From contig NW_027590405.1 of assembly GCF_964213995.1 (NCBI RefSeq), forward strand, positions 186,001 through 229,914: a stretch of DNA of 43,914 nt. Reading direction: 5' to 3'. A program made the translations under genes and the position numbers. Below, piece by piece: positions 21,340-32,239 of this stretch. Below the pieces are notes generated by a model. The model ran no database searches. It saw nothing but the letters and a program-made list of their open reading frames with translations, and was not told the origin of the DNA. Source of the stretch: Mustelus asterias (taxonomy: Eukaryota). How positions within the stretch are numbered: position 1 is the first letter of the stretch; each line of letters begins with the position of its first letter.

Positions 21340-24300
21340 AAGCAAAAGGAATGTTGGCATTTATAGCGAAAGGAATAGAATATACAGGGAAGGAAGTATT
21401 GTTGCAACTATACAAGGCACTGGTGAGGCCGCACCTGGAGTACTGTGCACCGTTTTAGTCCCCATATCTGAGGGAAGATGTAGTGGCTTTGGAGGCAGTT
21501 CAGAGAAGGTTCACTTGATTGATTCCAGAGATGAGGGGTTTGTCGTGTGAAGAGAGATCGAACAATTTAGGCCTCTACTCTCTGGAATTTAGAAGAATGA
21601 GGGAAGATCAAATTGAGGTGTACAAGTTGATGAAAGGTCCTGGGACGAGAGGTCAGAGTCTTAGAATAAGGGGTGGCAAATTTAAAACAGAGCTGAGGAG
21701 AAACTGCTTCTCCCAAAGGGTTTGTAAATCTGTGGAATTCGCTACCCCAAAGTGCGGTGGATGCTGGGACAGAGAGTCGATTAAAGGAGGAGTTGGACTG
21801 ATTTTTAATTGGGAATGGGTTGAAGGATTGTGGGGAGAAGGCAGGAAAATGGGGATGAGAAAAATATCAGCCATGGTCGAAAGGCGGAGCGGAATCGATG
21901 GGCTGAATGGCCTAATTCTGCTCTTATATCTTACCTTAGACAAAATCGAGACAGGATTTACTCCCACTTGGAAATTCGTGGACGTATTAGCGAGAGGCAA
22001 CATGGTTTTATGAAGGGGAGGTCCTGTCTCACGAACTTGATCGGGTCTTTCGAGGAAGTGACGAAGATGATTGATGAGGGTAGGGCAGTGGATGTTGTCT
22101 ACATGGACTTCAGTAAGGCCTTTGACAAGGTCCCTCATGGCAGACTGGTGCAGAAGGTGAAGTCGCATGGGATCAGAGGTGAGCTGACAAGGTGGATACA
22201 AAACTGGCTCGGTCAAAGAAGACAGAGGGTAGCAGTGGAAGGGTGTGTTACTGAATGGAGGGCTGTGACAAGTGGCGTTCCTCAGAGATCAGTGCTGGGA
22301 CCTTTGCTGTTTGTAATATATATAAATGATTTGGAGGAAAATGTAACTGGATTGATCAGTAAGTTTGCAGACGACACAAAGGTTGGTGGGTTTGTGGATA
22401 GCGATGAGGACCATCAGAGGATACAGCAGGATATAGATCAGATGGAGACTTGGGCGGAGAGATGGCAGATGGAGTTTAATCCGGACAAATATGAGGCCTT
22501 TTGGAAGGTCTAATACAGATAGGAAACATACAGTAAATGGCAGAACGCTTGAGAGTATTGATAGGCAGAGGGATCTGGTACACAGGTCACTGAAAGTGGC
22601 AATGCAGGTGGAGAAGGTAGTCAAGAAGGCATACGGCATGCTTGCCTTCATCGGCCGGGGCATTGATTTAAAAATTGGCAAGTCATGTTGCAGCTTTATA
22701 GAACCTTAGTTCGGCCGCACTTGGAATATAGTGTTCAATTCTGGTCGCCACACTACCGGAAGGATGTGGAGGCTTTGGAGAGGGTACAGAAAAGATTTAC
22801 CAGGATGTTGCCTGGTATGGAGGGCATTAGCTATGAGGAGAGGTTGGAGAAACTTGGTTTGTTCTCACTGGAGCGACGGAGGTTGAGGGGCGACCTGATA
22901 GAAGTCTACAAGATTATGAGGGGCATGGACAGAGTGGATAGTCAGAAGCTTTTTCCCAGGGTGGAAGAGTCAATTACTATGGGGGCACAGGTTTAAGGTG
23001 TGAGGGGCAAGGTTTAAAGGAGATGTACGAGGCAAGTTTTTTACACAGAGGGTGGTGAGTGCCTGGAACTCGCTGCCGGGGGAGGGAGTGGAAGCGGATA
23101 CGATAGTGAGTTTTAAGGGGCGTCTTGACAAATACATGAATAGGATGGGAATAGAGGGATAACTAGAAAGAGTGCAGAAAAGATTTACTAGGATGCTACC
23201 GGGACTTGATGGATTGAGTTATAAGGAGAGACTGAATAGACTGGGACTTTTTTCTCTGGAGCGTAGGAGGCTGAGGGGTGATCTTATAGAGGTCTATAAA
23301 ATAATGAGGGGCACAGATCAGCTAGATAGTCAATATCTTTTCCCAAAGGTAGGGGAGTCTAAAACTAGAGGGCATAGGTTTAAGGTGAGAGGGGAGAGAT
23401 ACAGAAGCGTCCAGAGGGGCAATTCTTTCACACAGAGGGTGGTGAGTGTCTGGAACGAGCTGCCAGAGGCAGTAGTAGAGGCGGGTACAATTTTGTCTTT
23501 TAAAAAGCGTTTAGACAGTTACATGGGTACGATGGGTATAGAGGGATATGGGCCAAACGCGGGCAATTGGGACTAGCTTAGGGGTTTAAAGAAAAGGGCA
23601 GCATGGACAAGTTGGGCCGAAGGGCCTGTTTCCATGCTGTAAACCTCTGTGACTCTCTATGGTCCCCGGAAGGGTTGGGGGTTATAGTTGAGTCGGGCAG
23701 CATGGTCGGTGCAGGCTTGGAGGGCCGAAGGGCCTGTTCCTGTGCTGGAATGTTCTTTGTTTCTATGTTGGTCGGAATAACAGCAAAATGGACTATTATT
23801 TAAATGGTAAAAAATTGCAGCATGCTGCTGTGCAGAGGGACCTGGGTGTCCTTGTGCAGGAATCTCAAGGAGTTGGTTTGCAGGTGCAGCAGGGAATGAA
23901 GGCAGCAAATGGAATTGTGTCCTTCATTGCGAGAGGGATGGAGTTTAAAAACAGCGAGGTTATGTTGCAGCTGTATAAGGTGCTGGTGAGGCCACACCTG
24001 GAGTTACTGTGTACAGTTTTGGTCCCCTTACTTGAGAAAGGATATACTGGCACTGGAGGGGGTGCAGAGGAGATTCACTCGGTTGATTCCGGAGTTGAGA
24101 GGGTTGGCTTATGAGGAGAGACTGAGTAGACTGGGGCTATACTCACTGGAATTCAGAAGAATGAGGGGAGATCTTATAGAAACATATAAGATTATGAAGG
24201 GAATACATAAGATAGAAGCAGGGAAGTTGTTTCCACTGGCGGGTGAAACTAGAACTAGGGGGGCATGACCTCAAAATAAGGGGGAACAGATTTAGGACTG

Positions 24301-24555
24301 AGTTGAGGAGGAACTTCTTCACACAAAGGGTTGTGAATCTGTGGAATTCCCTGCCCAGTTGAGGCTCCCTCACTGAATGTTTTTAAGGCAAGGATAGATA
24401 GATTTTTGAACAGTGAAGGAATTAAGGGTTATGGTGAGCGGGCGGGTAAGTGGAGCTGAGTCCACGGAAAGATCAGCCATGATCTTATTGAATGGCGGAG
24501 CAGGCTCGAGGGACCAGGTGGCCCACTCCTGCTCCTTGTTCTTATGTTCTTATGA
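21340..24555 (+). mobile_element. Stack of at least four nested or adjacent CR1 3' fragments (about 21340-21930, 21935-23160, 23161-23655, 23770-24555)
   Basis: Repeated RT and C-terminal peptides (QHGFMKGRSCLTNL, FADDTK, RPHLEY, FTQRVV) with frameshifts and separate 3' tails. Confidence 0.9.
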
Positions 24556-24607
24556 ACTTATTAATGCCACAAAGACTTGACACGGAGTTAGAGAGGGGTT
24601 GAAAATG

Positions 24608-24613
24608 TTTATT
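24608..24613 (-). terminator. Polyadenylation signal AATAAA of the Ig-like gene
   Basis: TTTATT on plus strand, about 108 nt after the stop codon of the C exon. Confidence 0.75.
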
Positions 24614-24720
24614 GGAGATACCATACACCGGAAACAGGTTAGGCCGCACGCATGAGGAGGAGGTTGCCAGGGGGTCTCTGAGCCTCCCTGCCCCCCCCCC
24701 CCTCCCCTCCCCGTAGGCCC

Positions 24721-25064
24721 TCACCGGAGCTCGCAGCTTTCCCGCTCAATCGTTCTGACGATGGGCTCCTGGCTGGACTCGTGCTGGAGCTGGCAGGAGT
24801 AGCGGGCATGGCTGCCCCACTGGCCAGCGGGTAGAGTCAGGTAGGTGCTCCACCGATAGCTGCCGTCCTCGGCTCTTGTGGCTTCCGCCGCGCCGGCGCT
24901 CAGTCCGCCCGCCGCCTCCTCCTCGTCCAGGGTCCATCGGGCACGCACATGTCCCGGGTAGAATCCCTCCGCCAGGCAGCTGAGGGTGACGCTGGCTCCG
25001 GCCTGGGCCAACTGCTCGGCCGAGGGCGGGTACAGGTGGACGGAAGGTGCCGATATCTGGCGGC
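24721..25064 (-). CDS. Ig light-chain-like gene exon 3: C1-set constant domain with terminal Cys and stop
   Basis: Acceptor tctctcttcccacag|GC (phase 1). (S)RQISAPSVHLYPPSAEQL...VTLSCLAEGFYPGHVRARW...DGSYRWSTYLTLPAGQW..HARYSCQLQHES...RTIERESCELR*: canonical C1 motifs and a light-chain-type C-terminal Cys; no TM segment. Confidence 0.93.
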
Positions 25065-25172
25065 CTGTGGGAAGAGAGACAGAGAGAGGAGGCGTTATCC
25101 AACCTGATGCAAAAGCAACAAATGTGCCACCCCGGCCTTGGATTAAACAGTCCTCCCCTTAATTCACATCAT

Positions 25173-27499
25173 CCTCCCAGTGTGATACACAGACCGGGAC
25201 TGTACACGGAGCTCCCAGTGTGATACAGAGACCAGGACTGTACACGGTGCTCCCAGTGTGATACAGAGACCGGGATCTGTACACGGAGCTCCCAGTGAGA
25301 TACAGAGACCGGGGAACTGTACACGGAGCTCCCAGTGTGATACAGAGACCGGGATCTGTACACGGAGCTCCCAGTGTGATACACAGACCGGGACTGTACA
25401 CGGAGCTCCCAGTGTGATACAGAGACCAGGACTGTACACGGAGCTCCCAGTGTGATACAGAGACCGGGATCTGTACACGGAGCTCCCAGTGTGATACAGA
25501 GACCGGGATCTGTACACGGAGCTCCCAGTGTGATGCAGAGACCGGATCTGTACACGGAGCTCCCAGTGTGATACAGAGACCGGGATCTGTACACGGAGCT
25601 CCCAGTGTGACACAGAGACCGGGGAACTGTACACGGAGCTCCCAGTGTGATACGGAGACCGGAACTGTACACGGAGCTCCCAGTGTGATACGGAGACCGG
25701 AACTGTACACGGAGCTCCCAGTGTGATACGGAGACCGGGAACTGTACGCGGTGCTCCCAGTGTGATACGGAGACCGGGAACTGTACACGGAGCTCCCAGT
25801 GTGACACAGAGACCGGGATCTGTACACGGAGCTCCCAGTGTGACACAGAGACCGGGGAACTGTACACGGAGCTCCCAGTGTGATACGGAGACCGGAACTG
25901 TACACGGAGCTCCCAGTGTGATACGGAGACCGGAACTGTACACGGAGCTCCCAGTGTGATACGGAGACCGGGAACTGTACGCGGTGCTCCCAGTGTGATA
26001 CGGAGACCGGGAACTGTACACGGAGCTCCCAGTGTGATACAGAGACCGGAACTGTACACGGAGCTCCCAGTGTGATACGGAGACCGGAACTGTACACGGA
26101 GCTCCCAGTGTGATACAGAGACCAGAACTGTACACGGAGCTCCCAGTGTGATACGGAGACCGGGAACTGTACACGGAGCTCCCAGTGTGATACGGAGACC
26201 GGAACTGTACACGGAGCTCCCAGTGTGATACAGAGACCGGAACTGTACACGGAGCTCCCAGTGTGATACGGAGACCGGGAACTGTACACGGAGCTCCCAG
26301 TGTGATACGGAGACCGGGATCTGTACACGGAGCTCCCAGTGTGATACAGAGACCGGGATCTGTACACGGAGCTCCCAGTGTGACACAGAGACCGGGGAAC
26401 TGTACACGGAGCTCCCAGTGTGATACGGAGACCGGAACTGTACACGGAGCTCCCAGTGTGATACGGAGACCGGAACTGTACACGGAGCTCCCAGTGTGAT
26501 ACGGAGACCGGGAACTGTACGCGGTGCTCCCAGTGTGATACGGAGACCGGGAACTGTACACGGAGCTCCCAGTGTGATACAGAGACCGGAACTGTACACG
26601 GAGCTCCCAGTGTGATACGGAGACCGGAACTGTACACGGAGCTCCCAGTGTGATACAGAGACCGGAACTGTACACGGAGCTCCCAGTGTGATACGGAGAC
26701 CGGGAACTGTACACGGAGCTCCCAGTGTGATACAGAGACCAGAACTGTACACGGAGCTCCCAGTGTGATACGGAGACCGGGAACTGTACACGGAGCTCCC
26801 AGTGTGATACGGAGACCGGAACTGTACACGGAGCTCCCAGTGTGATACAGAGACCGGAACTGTACACGGAGCTCCCAGTGTGATACGGAGACCGGGAACT
26901 GTACACGGAGCTCCCAGTGTGATACGGAGACCGGGATCTGTACACGGAGCTCCCAGTGTGATACAGAGACCGGAACTGTACATGGAGCTCCAAGTATGAT
27001 ACGGAGACCGGAACTGTACACGGAGCTCCCAGTGAGATACGGAGACCGGGGAACTGTACACGGAGCTCCCAGTATGATACGGAGACCAGAACTGTACACG
27101 GAGCTCCCAGTGTGATACGGAGACCGGGGAACTGTACACGGAGCTCCCAGTGTGATACGGAGACCGGGAACTGTACGCGGTGCTCCCAGTGTGATACGGA
27201 GACCGGGATCTGTACACGGAGCTCCCAGTGTGATACGGAGACCGGGAACTGTACGCGGTGCTCCCAGTGTGATACGGAGACCGGGATCTGTACACGGAGC
27301 TCCCAGTGTGATACAGAGACCGGGATCTGTACACGGAGCTCCCAGTGTGATACGGAGACCGGGGAACTGTACACGGAGCTCCCAGTGTGATACAGAGACC
27401 AGAACTGAGCACGGTGCTCCCAGTGCGATACGGAGACCGGAACTGAGCACGGTGCTCCCAGTGCGATACGGAGACCGGAACTGAGCACGGTGCTCCCAG
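25173..27499. repeat. 38-40-bp tandem minisatellite (TGTACACGGAGCTCCCAGTGTGATAC(A/G)GAGACCGGGAAC, about 60 copies) in the J-C intron
   Basis: Directly visible; ends about 110 bp from the C-exon acceptor. Confidence 0.97.
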
Positions 27500-27754
27500 A
27501 GCCAATCTCCTGCGTCTCATCCTAAAACTATTCCCCCTCGTGACTGACCCCTCAACCAAGGGGAACAGTAACTCCCTATGCACCTGTCCAGACCCCTTAT
27601 AATCTTACATGCCTCCATGATGTCCCCCGCAGCCTTCTCTGCTCCAGAGAAAACAATCCCAGTCTATCTCGTGTCTCCTCAGACGCTCCATCCAAAGCAA
27701 CATCCTGGTGAACCTCCTCTGTACCCCCTCTAGTGCTATCATATCCTTCCCATG

Positions 27755-28910
27755 GACAGCACGGTAGCACAGTGGTTAGCACTGCTACCTCACAGCGCCA
27801 GGGACCCGGGTTCAATTCCGGCCTCGGGTCACTGTCTGTGCGGAGTCTGCACATTCTCCCCCGTGTCGGTGTGGGTTTCCTCCGGGTGCTCCGGTTTCTT
27901 CCCACAGTCCAAAAGATGTACTGGTGAGGAGGATTGGCCATGCTAAATTGCCCCTTAGTGTCCAAAGATGTGCGGGTTAGGTGGATTGGCCATTTAAATT
28001 GTCCCTCAGTGTCCAAAGATGTGCAGGTTCGGTAGATTGGCCATGCTAAATTGCCCCTCGGTGTCCAAAAGTGTGTAGGTTAGGTGGATTGGCCATGCTA
28101 AATTGCCCCTTAGTGTCCAAAGATGTGCGGGTTAGGTGGATTGGCCATGCTAAATTGCCCCTTAGTGTCCAAAGATGTGTAGGTTAGGTGGATTGGCCGT
28201 GCTAAATTGCCCCTTAGTGTCCAAAGATGCGCAGGTTAGGTGGATTGGCCATGTTAAATTGTCCCTTTGTGTCCAAAGATGTGCAGGTTGGGTGGATTGG
28301 CCATGCTAAATTGTCCCTTAGTGTCCAAAGATGTGTGGGTTAGGGGCTTGGCCATGCTAAATTGTCCCTTAGTGTCCAAAGATGTGTGGGTTAGGGGCTT
28401 GGCCATGCTAAATTGTCCCTTAGTGTCCAAAGATGTGTGGGTTAGGGGCTTGGCCATGCTAAATTGTCCCTTAGTGTCCAAAGATGTGTAGGTTAGGGCG
28501 GCACGGTAGCGCAGTGGTTCGCACTGCTGCTTCACAGCTCCAGGGACCAGGGTTCGATCCCCGGCTTGGGTCACTGTCTGTGTGGAGTTTGCACATTCTC
28601 CTCGTGTCTGCGTGGGTTTTCTCCGGGTGCTCCGGTTTCCTCCCACAGTCCAAAGATGTGCGGGTTAGGTTGATTGGCCATGCTAAAACTGCCCCTTAGT
28701 GTCCTGAGATGCGTAGGTTAGAGGGATTAGCGGGTAAATATGTGGGGGTAGGGCCTGGGTGGGATTGTGGTCGGTGCAGACTCGATGGGCCAAATGGTCT
28801 CTTTCTGCACTGTAGGGTTTCTATGATTCTATGAGGTTAGGTGGATTGGCCATGCTAAATTGTCCCTTAACATCCAAAGGTTAGTGGATTGGCCATGCTA
28901 AATTGTTATC
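27755..28910 (+). mobile_element. Two V-SINE copies with an internal 51-52-bp tandem expansion
   Basis: Heads at about 27757 and 28497; unit GGATTGGCCATGCTAAATTGCCCCTTAGTGTCCAAAGATGTGTAGGTTAGGT. Confidence 0.88.
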
Positions 28911-28991
28911 TCCAATTGCAACGGGATATTGATCAATTGGGCCAGTGGGCTGACGAATGGCAGATGCAGTTTAATTAAATAAATGCGATCG

Positions 28992-29668
28992 GTGTCCAGA
29001 TCACCAACAACCTGTCCTGGTCCCCCCCATGCCGACACTATAGTTAAGAAAGCCCCACCAACGCCTCTACTTTCTCAGAAGACTAAGGAAATTTGGGCAT
29101 GTCAGCTACAACTCTCACCAACTTTTACAGATGCCCCACAGAAAGCATTCTTTCTGGTTGTATCACAGCTTGGTCTGGGGCTCCTGCTCTGCCCAAGACC
29201 GCAAGGAACTACAAAAGGGTCGTGAATGTAACCCAATCCATCACGCAAACCAGCCTCCCATCCATTGGCTCTGTCTACACTTCCCGCTGCCTCGGGAAAA
29301 AGCAGCCGGCATCATTAAGGACCCCCCCCACCACACACCCCGGACATTCTCTCTTCCACCTTCTTCGGTCGGGGAAAAAGATACAAAAGTCTGAGGTCAC
29401 GTACCGACCGACTCAAGAACAGCTTCTTCCCTGCTGCTGCTGTCAGACTTTTGAATGGACCGACCTCGCATTAAGTTGATCTTTCTCTACACCCTAGCTA
29501 TGACTGTAACACTACATTCTGCACTCTCTCCTTTCCTTCTCTATGAACGGTATGCTTTGTCTGTACAGCGTGCAAGAAACAATACTTTTCACTGTATGTT
29601 AATACATGTGACAATAATAAATCAAATCAGAATCTAGCTATGACTGTAACACTACATTCCGCACTCTC
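28992..29668 (+). mobile_element. Rex1/Babar-like LINE 3' fragment
   Basis: MSATTLTNFYRCPTESILSGCITAW peptide; same family as 8700-9370. Confidence 0.75.
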
Positions 29669-29669
29669 T

Positions 29670-30605
29670 CATAGAACAAAGAAAATTACAGCACAGGAAC
29701 AGGCCCTTCGGCCCCTCCAAGCCTGCACCGACCATGCTGCCCCGACTGAACTAAAACCCCCTCCCCTTCCGGGGACCATATCCCTCTATTCCCATCCTAT
29801 TCATGTATTTGTCAAGACACCCCTTAAAACTCACTATCGTATCCACTTCCACTCCCTCCCCCGGCAGCGAGTTCCAGGCACCCACCACCCTCTGTGTAAA
29901 AAAACTTGCCTCGTACATCTCCTTTAAACCTTGCCCCTCGCACCTTAAACCTGTGCCCCCCTAGTAATTGACTCTTCCACCCTGGGGAAAAAGCTTCTGA
30001 CTATCCACTCTGTCCATGCCCCTCATAATCTTGTAGACTTCTATCAGGTCTCCCCTCAACCTCCGTCGTTCCAGTGAGAACAAACCAAGTTTCTCCAACC
30101 TCTCCTCATAGCTAATGCCCTCCATACCAGGCAACATCCTGGTAAATCTTTTCTGTACCCTCTCCAAAGCCTCCACATCCTTCTGGTAGTGTGGCGACCA
30201 GAATTGAACACTATATTCCAAGTGCAGCCTAACTAAGGTTCTATAAAGCTGCAACATGACTTGCCAATTTTTAAACTCAGTGCCCCGGCCGATGAAGGCA
30301 AGCATGCCGTATGCCTTCTTGACTACCTTCTCCACCTGCATTGCCACTTTCAGTGACCTGTGTACCTGTACACCCAGATCCCTCTGCCTATCAATACTCT
30401 TCAGGGTTCTGCCATTTACTGTATATTTCCTATCTGTATTAGACCTTCCAAAATGCATTACCTCACATTTGTCCGGATTAAACTCCATCTGCCATCTCTC
30501 CGCCCAAGTCTCCAACCGATCTATATCCTGCTGTATCCTCTGACGGTCCTCATCGCTATCCGCAAATCCACCAACCTTTGTGTCATCCGCAAACTTACTA
30601 ATCAA
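29670..30605 (-). mobile_element. CR1 LINE 3' fragment inserted in the Rex1-like tail repeats
   Basis: ORF 29961-30713 from LISKFADDTK to KLFP; Rex-type tail resumes at 30612-30855. Confidence 0.9.
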
Positions 30606-30898
30606 ACTTAATACTCTCCTTTCCTTCTCTATGAACGGTATGCTTTGTCTGTACAGCGCGCAAGAAACAATACTTTTCACTGTATCCCAATACATGTGAC
30701 AATAATAAATCAAATCAAAATCTAGCTACGACAGTAACACTACATTCTACACCCTCTCCTTTCTTTCTCTATGAACGGTATGCTTTGTATAGCACGCAAG
30801 AAACAATACTTTTCACTGTCTCCCAATACATGTGACAATAATAAATCAAATCAAATGGAAGAATGACTGTGAATGAGGGTAGATTTAAGGTCACTCAC

Positions 30899-31252
30899 TG
30901 GGTATAAGTAGGGAGATTCCATTGCCAAAGTAACACTGGTTGTTGTAATATACGGCACAGTAGTAAGAACCGGTGTCTGATTCAGCCATATTGTTGATGT
31001 TCAGGGTGTAGCTGTTGCTCTTGGTGTCACGGGCAGCCAGATAACGCTCGGTGATGCCCGACCCCCGCTGGATGTCTCCGCTTGCCCACAGGACCAGCAC
31101 CCACTCAGGCTGGCGCCCCTTCCGCAGCCGGTACCAGGAGCCACCGTAGTCTCCCACGTTGATGTTCTCCACCCGGCAAGACAAGGCGGCCGTCCCTCCC
31201 GCCGCCACCGAGGCTGACGGGGGCTGCTGGAGGACCGGGTTCGGGGTGGCAG
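30899..31252 (-). CDS. Ig light-chain-like gene exon 2: germline-fused V-J domain (354 nt, phase 1-1)
   Basis: Branch/acceptor gctaac-ttctctttctcttccttcctgtcttccag|CT; donor CCCA|gtgagt. (A)ATPNPVLQQPPSASVAAGGTAALSC...WY...YTLNI...DTGSYYC-AVYYNNQCY-FGNGISLLIP: V-set Cys/Trp/DxxxYYC and an FGxG G-strand in one exon. Confidence 0.94.
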
Positions 31253-31535
31253 CTGGAAGACAGGAAGGAAGAGAAAGAGAAGGTTAGCCCAATGGAATTA
31301 GAGCCGTAGAGAAACAGTCCATTCGGCCCACCTTGTCCACGCCGCCCTTTTTTTTAAATCCCTAAGCGAGTCGCAATTGCCCGCGTTTGGCCCGTATCCC
31401 TCTGTACCCGTCGTACCCATGTAACTGTCTAAACGCTTTTTAAAAGACAAAATTGTACCCGCCTCTACTACTACCTCTGGCCCTATTTATTCACTGCAGC
31501 TCAGCATTCAACACGGTTATTCCCACGAAACTCGC

Positions 31536-31875
31536 TGTCAGACTTTTGAATGGACTGACCCTGCATTAAGCTGATCTTTCTCTACATCCTACTTATGGCT
31601 GTAACACTACATTCTGCACCCTCTCCTTTCCTTCTCTATGAACGGTATGCTTTGTCTGTATAGCGCGCAAGAAACAATACTTTTCACTGTATCCCGATAC
31701 ATGTGACAATAATAAATCAAATCAAAATCTAGCTATGACTGTAACACTACATTCTGCACTCTCTCCTTTCCTTCTCTATGAATGGTATGCTTTGTCTGTA
31801 TAGTGCGCAAGAAACAATACTTTTCACTGTATGTTAACACACGTGACAATAATAAATCAAATCAAAATCAAACCG
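31536..31875 (+). mobile_element. Rex1/Babar-like 3' tail, tandemly duplicated, in the leader-V intron
   Basis: Two copies of CTGTAACACTACATTCTGCAC...GACAATAATAAATCAAATCAAA. Confidence 0.75.
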
Positions 31876-32132
31876 AACCAAGCTGAAAATTACCCATTTA
31901 TACCAACTCTCTATTCCGTGTTCATTAGCCAATCTTCTATCCATGCCAATATCTTACCCCCAACATCACGGGCAATAATTTTCTGCAGTTGCCCTTTGAC
32001 GTGGCATCTCATCAAATGCCTTTCAAGTGTGGGGCAGCAGACAAGACCTTCCCCCCACCACCCCAACCTCCGAGACGGGCGGCCAAATCCAAACCGTTCC
32101 CCCCCCCCAAAGGGTCGCGAACAGCCACCGAC

Positions 32133-32178
32133 CTGTCAGACACAAGAGGAAGATGATAGTCTGCCACACGACCTCCAT
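32133..32178 (-). CDS. Ig light-chain-like gene exon 1: leader peptide (MEVVWQTIIFLLCLT plus 1 nt)
   Basis: Not in the ORF track. Kozak AGGATGG, hydrophobic 15-mer, 46-nt coding exon with phase-1 donor ACAG|gtcggt: the classic Ig/TCR split-leader layout, in frame with the VJ exon. Confidence 0.88.
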
Positions 32179-32239
32179 CCTCGCTCGCTGCCTGTCGGGC
32201 GCTCGCTGGACGTGCTTCTTACCTGCCCGCCGACGCCTC

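Noticed and set aside
25159-27583. Three overlapping 760-800-aa minus-strand ORFs
   Set aside because: The tandem unit has no stop codon in any minus frame; the peptides are frame-shuffled repeats inside an intron.
27768-27774. Perfect RSS heptamer CACAGTG (also at several other SINE heads)
   Set aside because: Part of the tRNA-derived SINE A-box region; no nonamer at 12 or 23 bp and no adjacent V or J segment.
30891-31208. ORF-track V domain as a stand-alone 105-aa protein starting at GTG
   Set aside because: True exon limits are the splice sites at 31252 and 30899; the ORF start and stop are artefacts of ignoring splicing.
24721-31252. Assignment as TCR chain, IgH/IgNAR, NKp30 or tapasin-like gene
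   Set aside because: Single C1 exon ends in Cys-Glu-Leu-Arg-stop followed by AATAAA, with no TM or further C exons seen; the layout is light-chain-like. No gene symbol is given because orthology cannot be established without a search.
32215-32225. Strong donor-like CAG|GTAAGA upstream of the leader ATG
   Set aside because: Lies about 20 bp below the TATA-like box, at or before the likely start site, so there is little or no exon to donate; needs 5' RACE.
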